64,000 nt of DNA from an uncultured Actinomycetota bacterium. Lineage in GTDB: Bacteria; Actinomycetota; Actinomycetes; Propionibacteriales; Nocardioidaceae. Under the pieces are notes generated by a model, which saw nothing but the letters and a program-made list of their open reading frames with translations, ran no database searches and was not told where the DNA came from. The first letter of the stretch is position 1; the number at the start of each line of letters is the position of its first letter. The DNA lies in assembly GCA_963794435.1 (NCBI GenBank), contig CAWCDX010000007.1, positions 86,447 through 150,446 on the forward strand, in the 5' to 3' direction. Positions 1-8,868 of this stretch are shown piece after piece. The translations under genes and the position numbers were made by a program.

Positions 1-393
1 CTGGTAGAGCGCCTCGGCCTCGTCGTACCAGGGTTCGAGGGTGCGGTAGTCGATCGGCCATGCCGGGGAGACGCCGCCTTCGTGCTCGACGGCGTCGAAG
101 TCGAACGGTCGCAGGCGCAGCAGAGCAGCGCCCCAGACCTTGGTGTTCCCGCCCACGACGTAGTGCATGAAGGGGCGGAACTCACGACCCTTGCGGTTCA
201 CCCACCGCTCGTCGGCGCGGTAGCGCTGCTCGCCCCAGACGGCCGCAGGGTCCCAGTTCTCCTTCTCCTGCGGCACCCAGGTGCCGCGCTCGAGCACCAG
301 CACGCTGGCGTCCCGGCCGGCGAGCGCGTTGGCCATCGTTCCGCCCCCGGCACCGCTGCCGACGATGACGACGTCGAAGTGTGGATCAGGCAC
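1..393 (-). CDS. GMC family oxidoreductase, N-terminal part (runs off window)
   Basis: Manual translation from GTG at 393: MPDPHFDVVIVGSGAGGGT..VLVLERG..VGGNTKVWGA..WPIDY..LEPWYDEAE. FAD-binding GxGxxG and GMC motifs; overlaps the upstream stop by 8 bp. Confidence 0.85.
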   Translation of the reverse strand, partial: MPDPHFDVVIVGSGAGGGTMANALAGRDASVLVLERGTWVPQEKENWDPAAVWGEQRYRADERWVNRKGREFRPFMHYVVGGNTKVWGAALLRLRPFDFDAVEHEGGVSPAWPIDYRTLEPWYDEAEALYQ

Positions 394-1387
394 TGGCCAC
401 CAGTTCCATCAGTCGATGGTCCGCGAGCGCCCGTTCGAGACTCATCTGGGGTGGCCGACCGGTGCGGACGGCCACCGCGAAGTCGCGGTACATCGCGCGG
501 TAGCCGCGGATGTCCCGCCACCCCGGATGGACGAGTCGCGGCAGTCCGCGCGTGTGCACCGCGACGGCGCCGCCGTTGGACTCGAAGGTGATGACGCCCT
601 GGCGACCGTAGATCTTCGAGAGCCGCAGGCCGCCCAGGAGGGAAGGCACCTCCCGAGAGTAGAAGATGGCGCCCACGGCACCGTTGTCGTAGTCGAAGGC
701 CACCAGCTGGCTGCGCCGACGGCGGTCGGTGCCGCCCGGGACGGGAGCAACCCTCGGCGTGTGCGGATCGATGCTCACGATCTCGGGCCCGAGAGACCCC
801 GCGAGGTGCAGCCAGTGCACGCCCTCCTCGAAGAAGGCGTCACCGCCGGCGAGGTCGGGGTCGTTGCGCCAGTCGGCCGCGCTCTTCGGCTTGTCGGCCA
901 CCGAGGTGAAGCTGGCCATCAGCATCTCCCCGACCACCTGGTCGGCCAGGAGCCGCCGCAGGGTGACCGCCAGCGGCTTGTAGTGGTCGTTCTCGCCCAC
1001 GATCACGGTCCTGCCGGCGGCGTCGCGCGCGCGGATGACCTCGGCGTAGTCCGACGACTCCAGGAAGGCCGGCTTCTCGACCAGCACGTGCTTGCCGGCC
1101 TCGAGCGCCGCCAGGGTCAGCTCGAGGTGCCACCGCGGCGGTACGGCGACCACGACGGCGTCGACCGAGGGGTCCGCCAGCGCGTCGGCGTACCCGTCGT
1201 AGGCCCGTCGACCTGAGAAGCGCTCCCGGAAGACCACCGCGCCGGCGCCGTCGCGGCTGGCGTAGCTGGGGCGCCAGAGGTCGCCCAGGGAGCGGAGGTG
1301 CCGACTGTGCACGCCGGTGATGTACCCACACCCGAGGAAGGCCACGTCCAGCGGCGATCCTGCGGCGGGACCCGGCGTTGGTCTCAT
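386..1387 (-). CDS. Gfo/Idh/MocA family oxidoreductase
   Basis: N-terminal GCGYI Rossmann motif, 'AGKHVLVEKP' signature, GG-x-EGVH motif. Confidence 0.9.
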   Translation of the reverse strand: MRPTPGPAAGSPLDVAFLGCGYITGVHSRHLRSLGDLWRPSYASRDGAGAVVFRERFSGRRAYDGYADALADPSVDAVVVAVPPRWHLELTLAALEAGKHVLVEKPAFLESSDYAEVIRARDAAGRTVIVGENDHYKPLAVTLRRLLADQVVGEMLMASFTSVADKPKSAADWRNDPDLAGGDAFFEEGVHWLHLAGSLGPEIVSIDPHTPRVAPVPGGTDRRRRSQLVAFDYDNGAVGAIFYSREVPSLLGGLRLSKIYGRQGVITFESNGGAVAVHTRGLPRLVHPGWRDIRGYRAMYRDFAVAVRTGRPPQMSLERALADHRLMELVASA

Positions 1388-1440
1388 CGCGCGAACCTAC
1401 CAAGACCAGCGGTAGGTCGAGTTGCTCCTACGCTGGGCCC

Positions 1441-2337
1441 GTGACCGCCCTCGCCGTGACCTTCGCGCTCCTCAGCGCATCCGCGGCGGCGTTCTCCACC
1501 TCGGTGCAGCACCAGGCTGCGGAGACGGCTCCCGCGAGCGTCACCGGAGCCTGGGGCCTGCTCGGTCACCTGGTGCGCAGGCCCATCTGGTTGGTGGGCC
1601 AGGTGCTCGGCACGCTGGCGCTGGTGATGCACGCGCTCGCGCTGCACTCGGGCCCCATCGCCCTCGTGCAGCCCCTGGTGATCAGCGGGATCGTGCTCGC
1701 CGTGCCGGTGCGGGCCGCGATCGCGCACACCCTCCCGCCTCGCCGCGACGTCGTGGCGGTGCTGATCGCAGCCATCGGGCTCGCGACGTTCCTCGTCGTC
1801 TCCGCGCCCTCGGAGGGCAAGGACAGCGGCTTCGGCGCGCTGGCGGTCGTCCTGGTGCTGGGGTGCTTCGCGGTTGCCGGGCTCGCGGTGTTCGTCGCTC
1901 GGCGCCTGGCGGACCCGACCCTGCGGGCCTTCCTGCTGGGCGCCGCTTCGGGCATCCTCTTCGCCCTGGTCGCGGTGCTGCTGAAGATGTCGCTCGACCA
2001 GTTCGCCCTGAACGGGCTGCGCGGCGTGGTCACGACCTGGCCGCTCTACCTGCTGGTGCTCGCGGGCCTCGGAGGCGTGACGTGCAACCAGCTGGCCTAC
2101 CGCTCCGCGCGGCTCGCGTCCTCGATGCCCGTGCTGAACGTCGTCGACTGCCTCGTGGCGCTCGGGTTCGGCTACGTCGTCTTCCACGAGGTGCCCCGGC
2201 ACACCCCCGGCGTCCTGGTGCTCGAAGGGCTCTCCCTGGTGGCGATGCTCGTCGGGCTCTGGATCCTGACGCGCGACACCGTCGAGGAGACGCCCGAGGT
2301 GACGCCAGAGCCCGAGGTAGCGACGCGCGAGGGCTAG
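1441..2337 (+). CDS. DMT family (drug/metabolite) transporter-like membrane protein
   Basis: About 9 hydrophobic helices, 'ALVQPL' motif; GTG 1441 lies 6 nt after TACGCT (-10-like, leaderless). Confidence 0.75.
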   Translation: MTALAVTFALLSASAAAFSTSVQHQAAETAPASVTGAWGLLGHLVRRPIWLVGQVLGTLALVMHALALHSGPIALVQPLVISGIVLAVPVRAAIAHTLPPRRDVVAVLIAAIGLATFLVVSAPSEGKDSGFGALAVVLVLGCFAVAGLAVFVARRLADPTLRAFLLGAASGILFALVAVLLKMSLDQFALNGLRGVVTTWPLYLLVLAGLGGVTCNQLAYRSARLASSMPVLNVVDCLVALGFGYVVFHEVPRHTPGVLVLEGLSLVAMLVGLWILTRDTVEETPEVTPEPEVATREG

Positions 2338-2388
2338 TGCACACCTGGTCGTCAGCGGCGGTTCATCCGCGCTCGGCAGAGTCGTCTC

Positions 2389-4020
2389 GTGACCGTCGAC
2401 ACGACTGCCGTGGCGGACCGCTCCCGGGCGGTGGTCGAGCGCGCGCCGGGCACCCGCTGGCAGGTCCGGTCGCGCGCGGTCGCCCCGCGCTTCGCGCTCG
2501 TGCTGACGTGTGTCGCGCTCGCGACGGTGGTCCTGCGTCTCGCCCTGCTGGGGGCGCCGCTGTCGGCGGACGAGTCGGGCTTCCTGCAGGTGGCGCGGCA
2601 CTGGCACAGCGGCCAAGGGTCGCTGTACGGCCCCTACTTCGTGGACCGTCCGCCGCTGCTGCTGGAGCTGTTCAAGGTGGCCGATCTTCTCGGCGGGGTG
2701 GTGGCCTGGCGGCTGATCGGCGCCCTCGGCGCTGCCGTCACGGTGGTCTGCGTCGGCATGGCCGTACGCCGGCTCGCTGGTCCGAGGGCCGGCTGCTGGG
2801 CCGGGTCGGCAGCGGGCGCGCTGATGGTCTCCCCGATGCTCGGCACCGCCGTGCCGAACGGCGAGCTGGCCGCGGCTCCGTTCGTGGCCGGGGGCATCTG
2901 GGCCGCCGTGACCGTGGTGACGACGGCACGCGGGCCGTTGCGGAACCGCGCCGCGTTCCTGACCGGTGCCTGTGCCGTGGCGGCGCCGCTGGTCAAGCAG
3001 AACATGCTGGACGTCTTCGTGTTTGCGGTGGTCCTCGCCGCGGTCACGGCCTGGCGGCAGCGGGCGCAGGGCCGTGCGCTGCTGCACGATGCCGGCTCCG
3101 CGCTCGTCGGCGCGCTGGTGACGGCCGGTGCGGTCCTCGGCGTCGCGGCGACCCGTGGAACGAGCCCGGCCGGCGTGTTCTACGCGATGTACCCCTTCCG
3201 TCTGCAGGCCGCAGCGGTGCTCACCCACCAGAGCCCGGCGCTCAGGCTCGCGCACCTCTCCGCCCTGTCGAGGGTCGAGCTCTACTCGCTGGGCCCGGTC
3301 GTGCTGGTCGCGCTCGTCGTCGTGGTCCTCACCAGACGGCTGCGCCCCGCCACCGCACTGCCCGTGGCCGTCGCCGTGCTCGCCGTGGCGGCCTACGACG
3401 TCGTCTCGATCGCCGCGGGGGGCAGCTACTGGCAGCACTACCTGGTCGAGCTCATCGTCCCGACGGCGCTCGCGGCCGGCCTCATCGCGGCGAGCGCGTC
3501 GCGCCGGCTGCTGCGGCCGGTCGTCGCGGCGATGGTGGCGGTCTCCCTCGTCGCGTGGGGCGCGAGCCTGTTCGCCTCGGTCAGCGCCCAGGGGCAGGTG
3601 ATCGGCGACTCGGTGGGTGCGGTCTCGGCGCCCGAGGACACGATCGTCAGCCTGCTCGGTGATGCCGACATGGTCCAGGCGGCCGGGCTGAGCTCGCCGT
3701 ACGCCTACCTGTGGAGCCTGCCCGCCCGCACCCTGGACCCCCACGGCGCCCAGCTCGACGACGCCCTCGCGGACCCGGACGCCCCGACGTGGGTCGTGGT
3801 GCGAGGGGCGCAGACGCAGGCGCTGCTCGACCGGCAGGGCGCCGGGGCGATCCTGGCGCAGCGCTACCACGTCGTCGCGCACGTGTGCGGCCGGCCGGTG
3901 TACCTCCGTGACGGGTTCGACCGGTCCAGCCCCACCCCGCCGACCGCCGCCGCGGCACACGCGAGCGGGTGCGCCCTCCCGGTGGCCCCGTGGGTCCACG
4001 ACCTCTGGGGGCGTGGGTGA
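2389..4020 (+). CDS. GT-C fold (PMT/ArnT-like, GT39-type) membrane glycosyltransferase
   Basis: First-loop DE motif (SADESGF), 'LYGPYFVDRPP', many TM helices, C-terminal soluble domain. Confidence 0.7.
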   Translation: MTVDTTAVADRSRAVVERAPGTRWQVRSRAVAPRFALVLTCVALATVVLRLALLGAPLSADESGFLQVARHWHSGQGSLYGPYFVDRPPLLLELFKVADLLGGVVAWRLIGALGAAVTVVCVGMAVRRLAGPRAGCWAGSAAGALMVSPMLGTAVPNGELAAAPFVAGGIWAAVTVVTTARGPLRNRAAFLTGACAVAAPLVKQNMLDVFVFAVVLAAVTAWRQRAQGRALLHDAGSALVGALVTAGAVLGVAATRGTSPAGVFYAMYPFRLQAAAVLTHQSPALRLAHLSALSRVELYSLGPVVLVALVVVVLTRRLRPATALPVAVAVLAVAAYDVVSIAAGGSYWQHYLVELIVPTALAAGLIAASASRRLLRPVVAAMVAVSLVAWGASLFASVSAQGQVIGDSVGAVSAPEDTIVSLLGDADMVQAAGLSSPYAYLWSLPARTLDPHGAQLDDALADPDAPTWVVVRGAQTQALLDRQGAGAILAQRYHVVAHVCGRPVYLRDGFDRSSPTPPTAAAAHASGCALPVAPWVHDLWGRG

Positions 4021-5203
4021 GACTGCCGTCGTGGTCACTGAGGAACCCGGGTCCGGCTGGCTGACGCACAACCTGAAGGTCGTCTCGGCCGTCTCCTTCC
4101 TCCAGGACGCTGCCTCGGAGCTGATCTACCCGCTCCTGCCGATCCTGCTGACCGTCGTGCTGGGCGCACCGGCGGCGGTGGTCGGGGTGGTCGAGGGCGT
4201 GGCCGAAGGCGTGGCGGCCGCGACCAAGGTGGTGGCCGGCCGCCGCTCGGACCGCACCCGCAAGGTCCCGTGGGTCGGGCTGGGTTACGGCCTGGCCGCC
4301 GTCGGCAAGGTCCTGGTGGCCGCCGCCGGTGTCTGGCCGGTGGTCCTGCTCGGCCGCAGTGTCGACCGCGTCGGCAAGGGGATCCGCGGTGCCCCGCGCG
4401 ACGCGTTGCTGGTCGTCGGCATCGCGCCTGCCGACCGGGGCCGCGCCTTCGGCTTCCACCGTGCGGCCGACACCGCCGGCGCCGTCGTCGGGCCGATGCT
4501 CGCGCTCGTCGGGTACGAGCTGCTCGACCACCAGCTCCAGCCGCTGCTCTGGCTGGCGGTCGTCCCCGCCGTGCTCAGCGCGCTGCTGGTCTTCGCCCTC
4601 AAGGAGCCGCCGCCCGCGCGCACCCAGCGAGCCAGGCGGGAGCGCACGAGCCCGTTGGGGACCCGGTTCTGGAGGGTGGTCGTGGTCCTCGGGGTGTTCG
4701 GCCTGATCAACTTCCCCGACGCTCTGCTGCTGCTGCGGCTGCACGACATCGGGTTCTCGGTGGCCGCAGTGATCCTCACCTACATCAGCTACAACCTCGT
4801 CTACGCCGTCCTCAGCTATCCGGCGGGGGTGGTGGCCGATCGGATCGGGCCGCGCGCCGTGGTCGCGGTGGGCATGCTGGTGTTCTCCGCGGCGTACACG
4901 GGCCTGGGCCTCACCGAGGACCACCTCACCGCCTGGCTGCTGATGGCGATGTACGGCGCCTACGCCGGCCTCACCGACGGGGTGGGCAAGGCGTGGATCT
5001 CCCGGCTGCTGCCGGGCGACGCCCAGGGCTCCGGACAGGGGCTCTTCCAGGGCATCACGGGGGCTGCCGTCCTCGTCGCGGGTCTGTGGGCGGGGCTCGC
5101 CTGGGGAGGTGATGGGCACGCGCCCCTGGTGATCTCCGGGCTGACTGCCGCCGTCCTCGGCCTGGCCCTGATGGTCGTGCGGCCCGACGCAGCCACCACC
5201 TGA
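4013..5203 (+). CDS. MFS transporter
   Basis: 12-TM pattern, 'DRVGKGIRGAPRDAL' and 'GVVADRIGPR' MFS motif A. Confidence 0.9.
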   Translation: MGETAVVVTEEPGSGWLTHNLKVVSAVSFLQDAASELIYPLLPILLTVVLGAPAAVVGVVEGVAEGVAAATKVVAGRRSDRTRKVPWVGLGYGLAAVGKVLVAAAGVWPVVLLGRSVDRVGKGIRGAPRDALLVVGIAPADRGRAFGFHRAADTAGAVVGPMLALVGYELLDHQLQPLLWLAVVPAVLSALLVFALKEPPPARTQRARRERTSPLGTRFWRVVVVLGVFGLINFPDALLLLRLHDIGFSVAAVILTYISYNLVYAVLSYPAGVVADRIGPRAVVAVGMLVFSAAYTGLGLTEDHLTAWLLMAMYGAYAGLTDGVGKAWISRLLPGDAQGSGQGLFQGITGAAVLVAGLWAGLAWGGDGHAPLVISGLTAAVLGLALMVVRPDAATT

Positions 5204-5267
5204 GAAGTCTCAACGACTTCTCGGGCGGGCACAGCAAGCGCTTCGCGGTCTCACAGGATTCTCTTCG
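5202..5267 (+). promoter_or_regulatory. Candidate MprA-like direct repeats / hairpin upstream of HtrA-like protease
   Basis: TCTCAA-N5-TCTCGG (5208-5224), TCACAG (5251-5256); also inverted repeat GAGAAGTC-N5-GACTTCTC (5202-5222). Confidence 0.35.
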
Positions 5268-5290
5268 ACACGGGCGGGACGCTTCATGCC

Positions 5291-6532
5291 ATGAACGAGA
5301 CCTTTCCTTCCCCGCCCCACCCCGACCTCCCTCCGGCCGAGCTGCGGGCACCGCACCGCCGCCGCCGACTGGTGCCCACGGTCGCGGTGCTCCTCGGGAT
5401 GGGGGTCGCGGGCGCCGGGGTCGGCTACGCCGCCGCGGAGCACCAGGCAACGCCCGCGTCCACCGCGACCGCCGGGACCCAGGGCGCATCGTCGAGCGAC
5501 GCGCTGCCGCCCGGTTACTCGTTCGGCCAGTCCGACGGCCAGTCCGACGGCCAGTCCGACGGCCAGTTCGGTGGGGACCCCCAACAATTCGGCGTACCGA
5601 CGTCCCCGGACACCGGCGACCAGTCCTCGGACTCCACGACGCAGGCCGACCAGGACCAGCTGACCGGCCTGGTGCGGATCGTCACGACCATGAAGTACGA
5701 CGGCGCGAAGGCGGCCGGCACCGGCATGGTGCTCTCCTCCGACGGTGAGGTCGTGACCAACCACCACGTCGTCGGGGACGCCACCAGCATCCAGGCGACC
5801 GTGATGTCGACGGGCCAGACCTACACCGCGCAGGTCGTCGGCACCGACCCCACCGCCGACGTCGCCGTCCTCCAGCTCGAGGGCGCCAGCGGCCTCGACA
5901 CGGTGGCTACCGACCAGGACCCCGTCTCCACCGGAGACGCCGTCACGGCGGTCGGCGACGGCAACGGCACCACGGACTACCTCAGCGCCGCCACCGGACA
6001 GGTCCTTGCCACGAACCAGTCGATCACCACGCAGAGCGAGGCCACCGCTGCCGGCGAGAACCTCACCGACCTCATCGAGATCAGCTCCGACGTCGTCGGC
6101 GGCTTCAGCGGGGGAGCGACGTACGACGCGCAGGGCGAGGTGCTCGGCATGACGACCGCGGCCTCCAGCGGGACGAGTGACGTGGTGGGCTACGCGATCC
6201 CGATCGCCACCGTGCTGCACATCGCGGACGACCTCGAGTCCGGAGTCTCGGACTCCGCCTACAGCTACGGCTACCCCGCCTTCCTCGGGATCGGTCTCGG
6301 TGACGGCACCACCGTCTCCCAGGTGTACGACGGGACGGGCGCCGCAGACGCGGGCCTGGCCACCGGCGACACCATCACGAGCATCGACGGCACGGCCACC
6401 TCCACCACGGCGCAGCTGCGCGCGGTCGTGGCCGCCCACCGACCGGGTGACCAGGTGCGGGTCTCCTGGACCGACCAGGCCGGCTCCGACCACACCGCCA
6501 CCCTCAGTCTCGGGAAGGGGCCGGTGCGCTGA
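5291..6532 (+). CDS. S1C (HtrA/PepD-like) serine protease with C-terminal PDZ domain
   Basis: N-terminal TM, triad motifs VTNHHVV, ADVAVL, GFSGG; PDZ 'FLGI...GA..AGL..GD.I..IDG'. Confidence 0.9.
   Translation: MNETFPSPPHPDLPPAELRAPHRRRRLVPTVAVLLGMGVAGAGVGYAAAEHQATPASTATAGTQGASSSDALPPGYSFGQSDGQSDGQSDGQFGGDPQQFGVPTSPDTGDQSSDSTTQADQDQLTGLVRIVTTMKYDGAKAAGTGMVLSSDGEVVTNHHVVGDATSIQATVMSTGQTYTAQVVGTDPTADVAVLQLEGASGLDTVATDQDPVSTGDAVTAVGDGNGTTDYLSAATGQVLATNQSITTQSEATAAGENLTDLIEISSDVVGGFSGGATYDAQGEVLGMTTAASSGTSDVVGYAIPIATVLHIADDLESGVSDSAYSYGYPAFLGIGLGDGTTVSQVYDGTGAADAGLATGDTITSIDGTATSTTAQLRAVVAAHRPGDQVRVSWTDQAGSDHTATLSLGKGPVR
5525..5567 (+). repeat. 12-bp in-frame tandem repeat (GGCCAGTCCGAC x3.5) encoding GQSD
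   Basis: Read directly in sequence. Confidence 0.9.
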
Positions 6533-6559
6533 GCCAGCCCGCTCGCCCTCGTTGACTTT

Positions 6560-6573
6560 TAGAACGTGTTCCA
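6560..6573. promoter_or_regulatory. KstR-type operator TnnAACnnGTTnnA
   Basis: TAGAACGTGTTCCA matches the KstR consensus exactly; directly follows a -35-like TTGACT (6552-6557), 14 nt before the GTG start. Confidence 0.7.
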
Positions 6574-6587
6574 ACGAGGGTGGCCAG

Positions 6588-7727
6588 GTGACCCAGGTAC
6601 CGCCGCCGGCGGACATGAAGCTGCAGCGGACCAGCCGCGACGCCAGCGAGGTGCCGGCGCGGTTGGCGGCCTGGATCTCCGGCCAGCTGCCCGGCGGCGC
6701 GGTGCCCGAGGTGGTGCTGCGCAGCGGCATCGACACCAACGGGATGTCCTCGGAGACGCTCGTCCTCGACGCGACCTGGACCGAGGCGGGCGAGCCCCGC
6801 GAGGGGCACTTCGTGGCGCGGGTCGCGCCGGACCTGCAGGACCTGCCCGTCTTCCCGAGCTACGCCCTGCAGGACCAGTACGACGTGATCGCCCACGTCG
6901 GCGAGCACACCGACGTACCGGTGCCGACCGTGCGCTGGATGGAGCCCACCGGGGAGGTGCTGGGCACGCCGTTCTTCCTGATGGATGCGGTCGAGGGGCT
7001 GATCCCGCAGGACGTGCTGCCCTACAACTTCGGAGACAACTGGCTCTTCGACGCAGCGCCGCAGGACCAGCGCCGGTTGCAGGAGTCGAGCGTGGCCGTG
7101 CTCGCCGAGCTGCACGCGATCCCCGAGCCGCTGACCACGTTCGGCTACCTCGATCCCGCGGCGAACGGTCACGAGGGCGCCACCCCCCTGCGGCGCAACC
7201 TCGCGCGCACGCATGCGTGGTACGAGTTCGCGGTCGCCGACATCGGCCGCTCGCCGACGGTCGAGCGGGCCCTCGCCTGGCTCGCCGGCCACGTGCCCGA
7301 GGGGAGTGGCGAGAGCGTGCTCAGCTGGGGTGACGCGCGGATCGGCAACGTCATCTACCGCGACTTCGAGCCGGTGGCGGTGCTCGACTGGGAGATGGCC
7401 ACGCTCGGGCCCCGCGAGCTCGACGTGTCCTGGATGGTCTTCGCGCACCGGGTCTTCGAGGCGATCACGGGCGCGCTCGAGCTGCCGGGCATGCCCGATT
7501 TCCTGCGAGAGGAGGACGTGCGGGCGACGTACGAGCGGCTGACAGGTGTGCGGCTCGGCGACCTCGCGTGGTTCCACGTGTTCAACGCCGTGCAGTGGTG
7601 CGTGGTCTTCATGCGCACCGGCGCTCGCCAGATCCACTTCGGCGAGATCGAGCGACCCGAGGACATCGAGACGCTCTTCCACCACAAGCCGCTGCTCGAC
7701 CAGCTGCTGGGCGAGGTCGGGGCGTGA
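6588..7727 (+). CDS. APH-family phosphotransferase (Rv3168-like)
   Basis: Brenner motif WGDARIGN and DWE; strong remembered similarity to M. tuberculosis Rv3168. Confidence 0.85.
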   Translation: MTQVPPPADMKLQRTSRDASEVPARLAAWISGQLPGGAVPEVVLRSGIDTNGMSSETLVLDATWTEAGEPREGHFVARVAPDLQDLPVFPSYALQDQYDVIAHVGEHTDVPVPTVRWMEPTGEVLGTPFFLMDAVEGLIPQDVLPYNFGDNWLFDAAPQDQRRLQESSVAVLAELHAIPEPLTTFGYLDPAANGHEGATPLRRNLARTHAWYEFAVADIGRSPTVERALAWLAGHVPEGSGESVLSWGDARIGNVIYRDFEPVAVLDWEMATLGPRELDVSWMVFAHRVFEAITGALELPGMPDFLREEDVRATYERLTGVRLGDLAWFHVFNAVQWCVVFMRTGARQIHFGEIERPEDIETLFHHKPLLDQLLGEVGA

Positions 7728-7734
7728 GCACCTG

Positions 7735-8850
7735 ATGGTCAGCGGGCTCGACGAGTACCCCATCCACCAGGTGCCGCTGCCGATCACCTGGGCCGGCTCG
7801 AGCGACCGCAACTTCTACGACCGCTGCTACCTCAACGCCCACGACCGGACCGGCGAGATCTTCGTGGTCACCGGCCTGGGCTACTACCCGAACCTCGGCA
7901 CGAAGGACGCGTTCGTGCTCGTACGTCGAGGCGACGAGCAGACCGCCGTGCACCTCTCGGACGCGGTGGACGACGACCGGCTGAGCCAGCACGTCGGCGG
8001 CTACCGCCTCGAGGTCGTGGAGCCCTTGCGACGGCTGCGCGTCGTGCTCGAGGAGACCGAGAGGATCGCGCTCGACCTCACGTGGGAGGGCTCGTTCGAC
8101 GTCGTGCAGGAGCAGCCGCACGTGATGCGGTCGGGCTCACGGGTCACCCTCGACGCCCAGCGCTTCGCCCAGGTCGGCACCTGGGAGGGCACGCTCTCCA
8201 TCGACGGCACCGACATCGCCGTCACGCCGGACACCTGGGTCGGCACCCGCGACCGCTCGTGGGGGATCCGCCCGGTGGGGGAGGCCGAGCCGCAGGGAGC
8301 GCCCGCCGACCCGCCGTTCGAGGGCATGTGGTGGCTCTACGTGCCGATGCGGTTCGAGGAGTACGCCGTCGTGCTGATCCTCCAGGAGGACCCCGACGGC
8401 TTCCGCACGCTCAACGACTGCACCCGGGTCTGGAAGGACGGCCGTCGCGAGCAGCTCGGCTGGCCCCGGGTGCGGGTGGCCTACGCCTCCGGCACGCGCG
8501 TGCCCACCGGGGCCACGATCACCTGCACGACGCCCGGCGGGGCGTCCCTCTCGCTCGACGTGTCGTCGCTGCTCGCCGTGCCGCTCCACGTGGGGGGTGG
8601 CTACGGCGGTGACTCCGACTGGACGCACGGGATGTGGAAGGGCCCGGCGTTTGCGGAGCGGGTCACCTACGACATGTCCTCGCAGGACGTCGCCGGCCGG
8701 GTGATGTTCGGCGTCATCGACCACGTCGGCCGTGCCGTCTGCCGCGAGGACGGTCGCCCCGACGCCGAGGGCTGGGGCCTCTTCGAGCACGGCGCGCTCG
8801 GCCGCCACGACCCCAGCGGCTTCACCGACTGGTTCACCCTCGCCCCCTGA
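7735..8850 (+). CDS. Conserved hypothetical protein (Rv3169-like)
   Basis: 'LDEYPIHQ..SSDRNFYDR', 'RDRSWGIRPVGE', 'GLFEHGALGRHDPSGF' match remembered Rv3169; synteny with the Rv3168-like gene. Confidence 0.8.
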   Translation: MVSGLDEYPIHQVPLPITWAGSSDRNFYDRCYLNAHDRTGEIFVVTGLGYYPNLGTKDAFVLVRRGDEQTAVHLSDAVDDDRLSQHVGGYRLEVVEPLRRLRVVLEETERIALDLTWEGSFDVVQEQPHVMRSGSRVTLDAQRFAQVGTWEGTLSIDGTDIAVTPDTWVGTRDRSWGIRPVGEAEPQGAPADPPFEGMWWLYVPMRFEEYAVVLILQEDPDGFRTLNDCTRVWKDGRREQLGWPRVRVAYASGTRVPTGATITCTTPGGASLSLDVSSLLAVPLHVGGGYGGDSDWTHGMWKGPAFAERVTYDMSSQDVAGRVMFGVIDHVGRAVCREDGRPDAEGWGLFEHGALGRHDPSGFTDWFTLAP

Positions 8851-8868
8851 CCCCGACAAAGGACTGCC

